Source: Balanoglossus misakiensis
Taxonomy: Eukaryota > Animalia > Hemichordata
Direction of reading: 5' to 3'
DNA length: 64,000 nt
Assembly: GCA_040954595.2 (NCBI GenBank)
Contig: CM082577.2
Span: forward strand, 16,127,903-16,191,902
Shown here: positions 24,369 through 36,402 of the stretch, piece by piece
Layout of the letters: every line of letters begins with the position of its first letter
How positions within the stretch are numbered: the stretch's first letter is position 1
Position numbers and translations under genes: made by a program
The notes under the pieces: model-generated
Seen by the model: the letters and a program-made list of their open reading frames with translations, nothing else
Told to the model about the DNA's origin: nothing
Database searches by the model: none

Positions 24369-24690
24369 AATGCGTTGCGTTGAAGGGTTGAATAAAGTTG
24401 AGATAAACGAGACAAAGAAAAAATGCAGAGAGAGAATAGCTGGGTTGTCGCACTGACGCGGACAAAGACGCTAACTGAGGAGATTGAGAGAGCAATTAGA
24501 GGATAAGACAAAGGATATGCAAATGAGTAGAGGGGGGACGCCAGGTGACGAGTGCAAAAGAAGGGGGAAGGAAAGACAAAGGAAGAAGAGATAGGGAAGG
24601 CAGGGGAGCCATAAGGGGAAGGCTTCATACATTTACAAACCCAATCTGTGATATCACAGATTGTTATACTGCACAGTGCACTGATTTGAC

Positions 24691-24932
24691 TAGCTCTGCG
24701 TGCAGGTCTTGTGTTCCCGGCGTTACACGGACGTTAGAAGAAGTTAATCGCATCATATTTGGGGTCGGTTGAAGTAGACAGGGAAAGGTTTTTGCTTCGA
24801 TAAAATCGAATTTCGACAGAAAAAGCTGCGGTCGGGCGTCCGGGTCCGGACCGCAGACGCACCAGTTTTGTCTATGGGGCCTTATGCAGGGCTGTGGTGC
24901 GTCGGGAACACACAGACCTGAACGCGGAGCTA
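24691..24932. mobile_element. MITE with TA...TA termini and a 9-bp TSD (AcademH-like)
   Basis: TGATTTGAC|TAGCTCTGCGTGCAGGTCT...AGACCTGAACGCGGAGCTA|TGACTTGAC; the TSD has one mismatch. Confidence 0.7.
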
Positions 24933-25475
24933 TGACTTGACATTCCTTAGCCGAAGTTAGCGTTCTTTTTAAAAATCTGTCACATATTTGTTTTGGGATA
25001 CATGGCAGTGAAATTTGGTTTATTTTTTATAAACTTTTACATGAAGTACGCCATTTTCCCGACTGGCAGCATGACTACGAGGTTGAACATGACAACTTGT
25101 TAGGAGAGTTTATAAATGATCAACGACAGTTCATCATTTGTATATGGCTACAGCTCGACGTTGCACTGCTGTGCGAAAACCACTTGCATACGATGACGCC
25201 AAACAAAGAAAGATATCATGGGATTACATGTAATTGTTCACAAGAGAAAGCCAATCTGTCGTATTCTGTGCGATACTCGAAGTCAACAACAAAATTTCTC
25301 CCATCTCCCAGTGCAATTCTTTAGTCCGCAGAACACGCAATCTGATTGGCCGGGTCGGAATGCGCGATTTCAGCGGGATCTCCATTGAGAGTTGGTCAGA
25401 TGTAGTGTGAGGCGACAGCATAAAAAACCAAGTCGCCGTTCCGTACATCTGATTTTAATCAGATTGGTGTAACAC

Positions 25476-26151
25476 TGACAGCAGCGGCAGCGGGTGACAG
25501 ACTGGTAGTATGACAGGTAGGTGTAACATTGTTGACAGCACCGGCAGCAGGTGACAGGTCAGCTTGGATTGTTGAGATAGTGTTGGCGGGTGGTTGTTCT
25601 AGTAAGGGTTGCTTACTACTTTCTGTGAAATGAAGTTTTTTCCACAACCTATAAGATGGACTTCCTTCCACATCATATCCTTCTGCCATGCGTCGTTTAT
25701 ATTTCTCTTTCTCGGGTGTTGTTAGAACTTCCTCCAACATTGACAACATTCTTGTGGAGTCTTTGTCAACCACAGGAACGTTTTGCTTTGTTTCTTGGTC
25801 ATTATTTTCCATGAATGTCGTCGATGGCAACAATAACGTGTCACTAATTTGTGACCTGTCAGTTGGATATATTCCTCATCTGGTGAAGCCATCGATGATG
25901 TTCTTGTTAGTAACACTCCGCTGCCAAGCAATTCAGCACACCCTTGCAAAGATCTTCTTACTGACTTCTTCACCTGGATTGTCTTGCGTATAACTCTATG
26001 ACTGTTCTACTCCAAGCACTTTCAAGGGGGAGAACAGGGACACATCACATGGTTGAAGAAAATGAGATGCATTAGGTAACAGGCGGTACAGTAGTATGTT
26101 TATTGTCATCAGCCAACTTGAATGTTGAGGTGAGATTCATGGCTGTCATAA
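25476..26151 (-). pseudogene. pogo/Tigger-type (DDE_1) transposase, C-terminal part; continues at ~18500-18594 beyond the inserted element
   Basis: DSHESHL...LLYRLLPNASHFLQPCDVSLFSPLKSAW...IIDGFTR*GIYP with stops and frameshifts. The low-complexity VTPT..TTSLSPA repeat resumes left of the TSD. Confidence 0.85.
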
Positions 26152-27789
26152 TAGTCAGGTGGAGATTTGAGAAATTGTGACCCCCTCTGGCATTTTTTGG
26201 TACAAGCAAACCAAATATGTTTTTTGGTCAATTCGACTACGCTGATTTCGAAAATGCCTGTTCCCAAAAGATCTTTTTGAGATAAGAGCCTCGTTTTGGC
26301 AAATCAAATATGGCCGCCAAGGATCGCAATTCTCACATGAATAGCATCAAAGAAATGTTCACGTACCTCCTTAAACAATGAAAATAAACTACATGTTTAC
26401 AACAACAACTTTTTTGGTTGTATAAACACAAACTAGCAACAATAAAACAATAATTATGCAAAAATTTGCATATTGTATGAATAATTCGTTGATTTTTGGC
26501 TAACAAATAATAATAAAGCTAGGTGTAACAGTACATATACTAAAAACTCACAATCATTGGAAAAAAATTACCTTTTCTTTATTTTAATAAAGGACTTAAA
26601 CCTTGTTCAAAACAACACTTCAAGTGTGAAGTTCATTTTGAGATAAGAGCCTCGATGTGGCAATTCAATATGGCCGTCTAAAGCCCTGTAGTGGAGCGGC
26701 CAAACCCTAATTTTCATAGCGATTGTGCATTTTGTGATAAAAGCACCAAACTTGGCTCAGATGTGTGTTAATGTGTACTAAAAAAATTCAGATAGGGAGC
26801 CACTAAAAATCTGTTGATGAGTTTCCATGGCAACCAATTTTTCAAAATGGCCACCAATACAGATAATTTCACCCACCAAATAACATCTGTAAACACCAAA
26901 ATAAATTTAGATTACTATATTTGATACAAAGAACTGTGGAAAGAATAAGTTGCAAAGATATTATGGTTACTAAACTACTTATAGGGGTAAGTAAGTTATC
27001 AAAACACAATTTAAAGGCACAACTTTTAATCCCTTTCGGATTAATAGGTGCTCCTCTAGAAGTCAAACCATACTGTCTATGGTCAAACATTAGGCTAATT
27101 GCGATATTTAACTTGCAGTACGTAAATTACACATATGAATCACAACAGTTTACCACCTTAGCTAATGATAATCATATAAACAGATCACCGATATATTCGA
27201 ATTGCACACGGATGTGGGCTTGGCTTACTCGTGACTGGTAAAATTTCCTTATCAACTTGATAGGAGAGTCCACTGCCCGAAATAGACGTTGATCCAAACT
27301 GAGTCTGCGGTCGTCACGTTTATTGGTCGACAGACATAGCCTAGGGCCTCAAACGCAATGCAATCTAAATGGACCCCGGGTAACGAACCACGCGGCTTTG
27401 TTTCGACCACAATCGCCACCGCAGCGTTGACAACGTTTTTTCGGGGTGTTGATGTTTGTCAAAATGCCATAGGAAATTAAAGAAACTTAAGTCAAATTGC
27501 TGAAACGTTAATAATCGACCATATGTCTTGATACTTTAGATCATGTATCAGTTCCACTCCAGCAATTTTGGCGACTGTTAACAGAGTTGACCAAAAGATA
27601 AATGGTGTATATGATTCCAAACTCATAAAAATTACACCGGAGGACACAACATTATTTTATTTGTCGAGAATAGTGTCCATCATGCCATAAATATTGTCAA
27701 AAATGTGTGTTAATTATAGAAACCCAACTAAATATACAAGCAGTTGGCCTTTAGATTGGTAAGTGGAAAAACAGGTCTTATTGCAATTT

Positions 27790-28500
27790 TCTGGGATTAG
27801 GTGCCCCAAGGCTCCCAACAAGTCACTTGGAATGTACTTCCATTCTAATATCTCAATGTGTAAAGATCTGACTTTGCAAGATATATTACGGAAAACTTCA
27901 TTTCATTTAATAGCATGAAGTAAGCGAAATCTTACTCTTTACAGAAAAGCTGTGACCCTGAAGACTTTTGGTGTTTTGAAGCTTATTTTCACTTTATCAT
28001 TTTATTCTTAGATTTTGGGGGTTCAAAAATACACAAAATAACATGTCAAAATAGAACTGCTGACTATCATCAAGGTGCGATTAAAATTATCGATAACATG
28101 AGCAATACAAAGCACTTCAAGCGACTTCATCAAAACGCTTTCCGAAGGACAAGTATTGGATGAAAAGTTTGAAACAGATTTTGATTTTGATTCCTAACAT
28201 CTATCTATGTACATGCACCCTAGACATAGTTTGTTTCTATAGTAACTTTAACAAACCAATCGACTGTCATGATACTTGCTTTCTGCCACCATTTTATGGG
28301 GAAGTGATTCTTTATTTGCATGAATCATTTGATGAAGATAAAATAGAAAAGCTGGATTCTGCACTGATTGAAACTGGTCAGATCAATTTATAAGGTTGAG
28401 AAACAAGATGCCGTTTTTTCCTGGGTTGACTAAATTTGGAATTTTGTTCATCAAAGATATTTTTATGGGGAAAATAACGAATCAACTGAGCTTTACTTGT
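27790..28500 (+). pseudogene. Decayed L1/Tx1 ORF2 fragment carried inside the Academ-like element (also in copy 2, ~50025-50740)
   Basis: Remnant peptides KSLGMYF, KRNLTLYRKAVTLKTFG, DYHQGAIKIID and LPPFYGEVI match the post-RT region of L1/Tx1 ORF2. Confidence 0.55.
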
Positions 28501-29722
28501 TAAACTTTTATCACAAAATGCCCAAATGTTACGAAAATTGTGTTTATGCCAGGCCACTATTATAATATATATATGGTTATACAGTGTTTTAACTAAGTTT
28601 GTTGTAACCGGGGTTATTACCAAACTTGAATTTCTTTAGCGACTGAATCTCGATCCTGTATTTACCCCTATAACTAGTTTAGTGAGGATATATATTTTGA
28701 AAATTACTTTTTGAGCAGTTTCTTGTTTCAAATATTGTAATATGAATTTATTGTGGTGTTTTATAATTGTTATTTTGTGGGTGAGATTATCTGTATTGGC
28801 GGCCATTTTGAAAAAAATGAAAAAATGGTTGCCATGGAAACTCATCAACAGATATTGTGGCTCGCTATCTGAATTTGTTTAGTACACATTAACGCACATC
28901 TGAGCCAAGTACGACACCCAAGTGGATTAAACATACATGTATATATGTTGCCTCACTGACACAATGTTCACTTTGCACACAGTATCATATATAAAAACGT
29001 AATAAAAATACACATTACTCTTTACTTATGAAGAGAAATTGTTGTTAGAGACCGGGTTTCAAAAAAACACCGATGACGTCGGGCCATCAGTGTGCATTCA
29101 ACGTCTTATAACTAAGCATGAATATACGGTGCTGGCATAATGTGAGTGTGGCCATACGATGCTTTCGCTATTAATGAACAACTTGTACGTTAACAAATGC
29201 CAGTTTTGTTGGCAAAAAGTATGTTTTTGGCTTTTCACAACATTGAACATACATTCATAGTTCAATAACTTGTGAATTGTGGACCTAAACGTTCATACGT
29301 TCAATGTTCTGGTGTTTTTTAACGGAGCGATCGGCCACGATGTTACCAACGAGCATGTACAGTCTAAAATCCTCGTTGTGTATGTTTATTTGTTTGTTTT
29401 TGTTGTTTTTTACATGCTATTACATGTACATACAAATATGAAAAGTTTCATTTCAGTTATTCATTAAAATGCAAACATTTGCCAAAAAACATGTGAATAG
29501 ACACCTCACAGGCCAGAGTTGTATCATTAGCTTTCAGTTGTCAATTTTAGCATGACATCATGACTAATTAAGCTAATTTTGCATATTTTCCATGCTGCAC
29601 CTTGTCTGACAAGGTAAACGATTGCATATTTGAATTCCTTGACCCTGAAAACATTGGAATAGACACCTCACTTAACACCGTTGGCTCTCTTTTGTAGACC
29701 ATTGATTTTAGATGGGCGTGTC

Positions 29723-30788
29723 ACCTAATTAACATAAAATAGCATTTTTACCAATTCACCAAATGTTTCTAAATTAAAAAAATTGTGTAAAAATATTTAA
29801 ATGATATAAGAATATGATTTCAATAGACTATTATGGTGTTGACCTGTGATATTGCACCATAATGGCTACAAACAGCGTTTTCTTTTAGGTATTTCTAAAT
29901 TATGACGTCACAAATTAATTTGCCATTTTCGACATGAAAACGTGAAAAGAATTTTTGGGAACAGGCAAATTCGAAATCAGCGTATTCGAAATATCCAAAA
30001 ACAACTTGTTCCCAGCTTGTACCAAAACAATGAATGACATGCTTTTAAAATGCTCATTTTCTGAAATTTCCACCTGGACCTAATTAACATAAATTAGCAT
30101 TTTACCAATTCACAAAATGTTTCTAAATTAAAAAAATTGTGTAAAAATATTTAAATGAATATAAGAATATGATTTCAATAGACTATTATGGTGTTGACCT
30201 GTGATATTGCACCATAATGGCTACAAACAGCGTTTTCTTTTAGGTATTTCTAAATTATGACGTCACAAATTAATTTGCCATTTTCGACATGAAAACGTGA
30301 AAAGAATTTTTGGGAACAGGCAAATTCGAAATCAGCGTATTCGAAATATCCAAAAACAACTTGTTCCCAGCTTGTACCAAAAAATGAATGACATGCTTTT
30401 AAAATGCTCATTTTCTGAAATTTCCACCTGGACCTAATTAACATAAATTAGCATTTTACCAATTCACAAAATGTTTCTAAATTAAAAAAATTGTGTAAAA
30501 ATATTTAAATGAATATAAGAATATGATTTCAATAGACTATTATGGTGTTGACCTGTGATATTGCACCATAATGGCTACAAACAGCGTTTTCTTTTAGGTA
30601 TTTTGAAATTATGACGTCACAAATTAATTTGCCATTTTCGACATGAAAACGTGAAAAGAATTTTTGGGAACAGGCAAATTCGAAATCAGCGTATTCGAAA
30701 TATCCAAAAACAACTTGTTCCCAGCTTGTACCAAAAAATGCCTGACATGCTTTTAAAATGCTCATTTTCTGAAATTTCCACCTGACTA
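29723..30788. repeat. Three tandem ~355-bp units forming the right end of the Academ-like element
   Basis: Units start at 29723, 30078 and 30432, each ending in the TIR core AAATTTCCACCTG. The same triplet occurs at 51958, 52313 and 52679. Confidence 0.9.
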
Positions 30789-31936
30789 CATCGAAGCAGA
30801 AGGAATTGTCTGCCTTTTGGGGGAATACAAGTAATTATGGACAGTTATTTTCAAACATACTATTCATCTGACTACCATTTACAGACAGCAGGACAGTCAT
30901 CCATGCCCTAAATTCGATAAGAATTGGCAGGTATGATGAAGAGACAGTTAATTTGCTGATGTTAAATCAGAGGTCAACCCACATCTACTTTAACAATATT
31001 GATGTTGATTTTCACAACATGTGTGAGCTCGATAAAATGCCTGGTAAACACCATGTGTTCAACTCTATTGATGAAGGAAACCATCAAGAAATTGAAAGAG
31101 GGTGCATTGCTCCAATAACGTTATGTGTAAAAGAAGGGGCTCCAGTGATGCTGCTCTACAATTTATCTCGGGAATTGCACAATGGATGCATTGGGACATT
31201 TAGGGGACTTGACGAGAATGGGCTTCCGGTGGTCATGTTTATGGACAAGGAGATTCAGTGTGCAATACCTCGTAAAACATTGACTGTAAAGAATAATGCA
31301 GGCAAAGAGGTCGGTAGGTGTACCCAGCATCCTTTGAAATTATGTTGGGCCATAACATCCCACAAGTCTCAGGGTCAGACTTTGCCAAGTGTTGTAGTGC
31401 ATGCTGGCAGTGAATTTGTTCCGGGCCAACTTTATGTTGCTCTATCAAGGGCCAAGTCAACAGAGACACTACAACTGTTCGGCTTTCAGCACACCAGAAT
31501 GCTTCCAGTACATGAAAGAGTAGCTTCATTTTATGAGTCCCTTGTAAGCTGTGAAGATGATTTACCGGTACATCTTGCCTGTTGTAGAGAAGAGGTGCCA
31601 AATGATGTTGTAACCAAAATAATGGGTGAAGGGGTCGGTTATCATTCTGGCGATGATGATGGATTTGCTGAAGACATGTATGCGGCAGAAGCTGACAACG
31701 AAGATAATGTTGACCTCACAGAAGTTTATGCAAATATGAAGGGAAATTGCCTTGAAGATCTGCCACATGATTTTTGCCTGACGACCTTTTTACATGAGCT
31801 CCGTGATTCCACTCCATTTGCTGATGTTGTAGGATCACTTGCATGGCATACCAATTCCCTTGTTGAGCAAATTGAGTTTTCTGAAGAAAAAAATTCCGTT
31901 GCAATTTGTGATGGGTTAGGTGTCCAAATCTCGTAG
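30789..31936 (+). pseudogene. PIF1-family SF1B helicase, C-terminal half, intronless and 5'-truncated
   Basis: PFGGIQVI, LTTIYRQ, EGAPVMLLYNL...LHNG, QHPLKLCWAITSHKSQGQTL and GQLYVALSR. Confidence 0.88.
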
Positions 31937-33262
31937 ATTGACTAGACTAGTAATCCTCCAACTCCCGCGAAAGACTTGATTGATGGATAATTTTTTGTTA
32001 ATTTATCTGTAAAACTTGCATTTTCATATGTTTTTACAATCTCCGCGATTTACTAGTATTAATGTTTGAACATATCACTTAGAATGTTCAGCTACTGATT
32101 GACTTATCGATCAGCTGTTCGATCGTACACATGAGCTGTTCCATAATACTTATGCAGTTTCTCGTTGTTCCTATTTGACCGAGTACTGTTTTTTTCCGTG
32201 TACCTTATTAAGGTGTTGTTGTTTATTGTTCATAAACAATCATCATATTGTTTGTGTAGGAAGTGATTGTATGGGTTTGGATCAAACGGATCAAAGCCTG
32301 GTTGGTTGTTCACGATGTTGTGTAGTGTTTCAGGCTGCATAGAGTATTCAGATTCAGGGCCTCAATGAATGCAGGCGGCTCACGTTAGTGCTGCTACAGG
32401 TTTTTATTTATGTTTTTGACGTCTGCAAATTCACTGACATTGACAAAACTATAAAATAATAAGAAAAATGTACGCCCCAAAGACACTCGAAGCCGAGTAC
32501 ATTATGGAGTACAATGTGTGCTTTTGTCCATTATGGGTCTTTTGGGGGGACATTATACTTTAAATAAAGCATGGTGACCATACGATTTTATTTTTAATTG
32601 ACTGAGTTATGTGTAAAGTTTCGTGAAAATGACAAATTATAGAAGTGGGTTTTCTAGCTACTCCCCATGTATGCGTCCTATGGAAAAAGACGAATGCGCG
32701 TAGTTTTCCAATTAATGTTCTGCGCTTACATCCTTAAAAGAAACTGTTTAATGTACGTAACTTGGATATAAACAAAAAGACGATCCATCCGAAATTTTAC
32801 AAACAATAACACATTTAACACATATATGACGCGTGCAAGTCACGGCACGTACACCTTAAAGAAAACCCGTGCTTGAATGGTCACGCTTCATTTTAAAACA
32901 ACAATAAATGTTATGTAGTAACCACCAAACACATTCGGATGAGGTAGCTCAAAATTGGACTATTTGGAACCACATGAAGATGCCAACCACAAAGTACATG
33001 CAGCATTTTTTGTCCAGTCATAGGTATAGCCGTGCCACGCAAGGCTATCATTCATAAAGACTTTCTTCGGTTAACGACACAGAAAACAATAATGCATGTA
33101 CTCACCTTTGGCATATAAGAAGGTTATCTTATAACCTTTTAATGCCAAGGTTGTGCAACCAGCCACAAACGAAAAAGTTATAGGCATCAGAACTTTTGAC
33201 CGGCCTGGGGGAGATTTCTCGCTCGCGCACGTACACAACACTCCTTACTAAACCAACTCACG

Positions 33263-35311
33263 ATGGCGAGTTCAAGTTCGTTTAGCGTCGCGTCTCCCAT
33301 TTTTGGACCTTCGCCTCCACTGTTAAAGAAAGTCAGAGAAAGCGTCAGCTCGACTTCGATACTAGTACTGGGAAGTCAAAGAAAACCAAAAAAGAAGCAC
33401 TACAACAAAGAACGAAAGGTAATATATTGTTAATTAATGTGCACCGCTGTCAGCCGCTACTCGGTTCACGTTAACCGTAGGCGATTAGTTTGTTTTGTGT
33501 GTTAACTGTGAGGTCATCCCCGCCCACTTGTATGTAAATAGGACAATTGACACTCATTATCTGAGGTCAAGATGATTTATGTTGTTTAGCCGAACTCCGC
33601 AAATATTATTCCGCAAATGTTATTTGGTTGTATTATCAAAAAGCGTCGTGTAAAACATATACGAAATATACGTTTAAATTAGCCCCAACATTATCAGGAA
33701 AATATAGCAGTAAAGCAATTATTTGGTTTCTTCATAAACTTTCTAACACTTTAACAATTGAATCTCGACACAGACAATGCTGATAGACTTATTCACCACC
33801 ACAACAAACACCCTGGCCCTAGTAAACCGACCAGCAGTGGTATCGTAACCAACAACAACAACAGCAACAGCATGAACAACAACAACAGCATCAACAATAA
33901 CAACAACACAAGCAAAATGAATGATATATTAAAGATTGTAAAGAATATCCAATCAAAAATGGACAAAGTCCTGGAGGAGCAAGAAAAAATAAAGGCGGCT
34001 GTTCACAAGCTCTCAAGACAACAGAGTCAGCATTTTGAAATAAGAAAGGGATCTTACGAATACGTAAGTAATTCAATGTAATAACACAGATATATTAACG
34101 TGTTTAATAATTTTATCAACTTATTTACACATATATGTATGTTTATAATTATATTTATTTATAATATTTGTGTGTTTGTTTGCTTGTATGCATATTATAA
34201 TTAAATAATAACACATGATAGCGAGGGCAATATCACGATTTGAAGCCTGCACGAGGGATGGTGATCTCTGACTACAATATTGATGATGCCCGAGCCGCAG
34301 GCGAGGGTATCATCAATATTGTGGTCAGAGATCACCAGCCCGAGGGCAGGCTTCAAATCGTGATGTTGCCCGAGCATCATGTGTTATTAATTTTATTACG
34401 CCGAACATTTGAACGTACATGTACATACAAGGCAGGCATAGAAGAACGTAGACGCGCGTCCATATGTCGTACGTTGCTGAGAATGTAAAATGTCTCGATC
34501 TCCCAAGAATTATACGATACCTACTTCGAACTTAGATTATTTGGAAAATACTGCACTGTTGGTTGCGATTTTGTTGTATTTACTGTCCGTTTGTGGTAAA
34601 ATATCGTCCAGTTGAACAGGTGTTAAGCCTATGTGTCGCTTTGAAGCCATAGATGCGGGAGTTGACTGATCGTGGAGGAAGCCATTGAACGACAGTTTGG
34701 AACGCGCAGAAGTCGCGCGCAGAACACAAAACAACCCAGCGGGCAATATCAGCGCATGCGACAGGGCTTTATCAACTCTAGCCATGTTATATCACTTTTT
34801 TTTCTATATCACGTGAGCGCGTCTCAGCCAATCACGAATATGGTATAATACGTGAGGTGTAATAAATTTATTTCAAACATTTTGCGTGTGCATTTATCAA
34901 CAGAACCCCCTGGTCCAACTATTAGCAGGACTGTATTTCAACAATCCGTCAAGGGAGGTTCCCAGACAAGACATTTATGTAAGTCTGTACATAGATCTAC
35001 ACAAAATTTCCAGTTTCACCACAACAAATAAATCAAAATAACAAAACATGTTACATAATCAACTTGAACTATTTATAATTTCTCAAGATGCCATCAATGA
35101 TCCATTCCTTTCTTTATGCAAGTTTTCCTTGTATTCATAAAATGAAAAAGGTCAAAAACTGATTTTATCACATCACAAACAAATATATCATGAGTATTTA
35201 CAGGAAGAAGTGCAGAACAACTTTGAGGGATATAATGGGAATGCTGTCCAAAAAATGATGAAATTTGCTACGTTAAAAATACAAGAATGGAAGCAGGAAG
35301 AAGTGAGAAAG
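33263..35311 (+). pseudogene. Multi-exon gene fragment of unknown function, possibly the accessory gene of the downstream CACTA-like element
   Basis: ATG at 33263 (MASSSSFSVASP..., with an apparent frameshift). Exon-like blocks with GT donors end near 33418, 34063, 34978 and 35311. Contains Asn-rich and coiled-coil segments. Confidence 0.4.
34207..34866 (+). mobile_element. Non-autonomous Crypton-like element: ~180-bp hairpin (H2) plus a module bounded by short inverted repeats
   Basis: Hairpin 34207-34388, then TTTATTACGCC...GGTGTAATAAA. Same layout as 4813-7128. A matching module end also occurs near 41295-41310. Confidence 0.7.
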
Positions 35312-35338
35312 GTACACTTGAAGTACATGTCAAATTAA

Positions 35339-36080
35339 GGTGGCATTGCATGAAACCGTCAAGACTTTTTCAGAGGCCTATTTCTCATCAAAGACAACGT
35401 TAAAACCCCCCATAAACCATATATATTCTGGAAGCTGAGTTTTTGAACTTTTGTTTGAGTTGCAAATATTATCGATCCCCGGAAATGGTGGCGATTTTGG
35501 GTGAAAAACCCCATTTTTTGATATTATGTCATTAAATTTAAATTAGGTAAAAAAGTTGACCATGCATCATGCATCTTAATACATTGTATGTCATTTGAAA
35601 CTAGAGTACACGTGCAAAAAAATGGTAATTTTGTTTTGCGTTATCTGCTTCCATTGAGAAGTAACAGCGTTTGAAAGTTAGATTTTTAGTAAAATTTGAT
35701 CAAATTCACGGTGAGTTGTATTGAATCAGAGTTTATTCCCGCCAGGGACACTTTATCGACTAACAAAAATACCGTTTTGTTGGATGGGTCATACACAATC
35801 CCCTGTTAAAATTTGAGCAAATTCGGCCAATGCAGAGCGAAGCTATTTTAGTCTGAAGTTGTCAAGAGCAGCGAAAATGCAAACTGAGAAAAACGGCCAT
35901 TTGCATTGTTGACACGTATTTGTTTAGCTGTGAACTCATTCAGAAAAGTGCTATTTTGGGGTGATTATGCACCATTTCCGCCAAGACGTATTAGTCAGGA
36001 TGTGGGTCAGTATTAGGCCTACCGATTTATGTAAAACAGTAAAATTTGGCAAAAATCACAAGTTTTCATGCAATGCCACC
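35339..36080. mobile_element. Kolobok-type MITE with TTAA TSD
   Basis: TTAA|GGTGGCATTGCATGAAA...TTTCATGCAATGCCACC|TTAA. Confidence 0.85.
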
Positions 36081-36124
36081 TTAAGGAAGAGATATTTTTT
36101 GTTGTTTAAGCAAACATATGGTGA

Positions 36125-36355
36125 CTGTATGTACGTATGTCTGTCTGTCTGTATGTATGTATGTATGTATGTATGTCTGTATGTATGTATGTCTATCTGT
36201 ATGTCTGTCTGTCTGTCTGTATGTACATGTATGTATGTATGTATGTATGTATGTATGTATGTCTGTATGTATGTGTGTTTCTCTTTCTGTATGTCTGTCT
36301 GTCTGTATGTATGTACATGTATGTATGTATGTATGTATGCATGTATGCATGTATA
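36125..36355. repeat. (TATG)n/(TCTG)n compound microsatellite
   Basis: Seen directly in the sequence. Confidence 0.95.
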
Positions 36356-36402
36356 CGAAGTATGCGGTTCGACTGGTCCGATACAAAGTGCTCAATACAA
36401 GA

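Larger units (their letters stand above)
19031..24667 (-). mobile_element. Full-length Ngaro-type (DIRS group) tyrosine-recombinase retrotransposon with split direct repeats
   Basis: Order on the - strand: A1 (24667-24423), gag, RT/RH, YR, B1 (19979-19655), A2 (19654-19410), B2 (19355-19031). The repeat copies look identical. No TSD and no methyltransferase domain seen. Confidence 0.95.
18595..25466. mobile_element. Non-autonomous TIR element with ~108-bp TIRs and a 9-bp TSD (AcademH-like; MuDR not excluded); hosts the Ngaro element and a MITE
   Basis: GTGTAACAC|CAATCTGATTAAAATCAGATGTA...TACATCTGATTTTAATCAGATTG|GTGTAACAC, with CA...TG termini. Confidence 0.85.
26152..30788. mobile_element. 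Non-autonomous Academ-like element, copy 1 (~4.6 kb)
   Basis: TIR TAGTCAGGTGGAGATTTGAGAAA / TTTCTGAAATTTCCACCTGACTA. Internal inverted repeat ~26750-26990 vs ~28660-28910. Closely similar to 48574-53035. No TSD (TAA vs CAT). Confidence 0.85.

Noticed and set aside
32558-32898. Possible TTAA-flanked MITE (AAGCATGGTGACCAT / ATGGTCACGCTT)
   Set aside because: The inverted repeat is too degenerate to fix termini or family.
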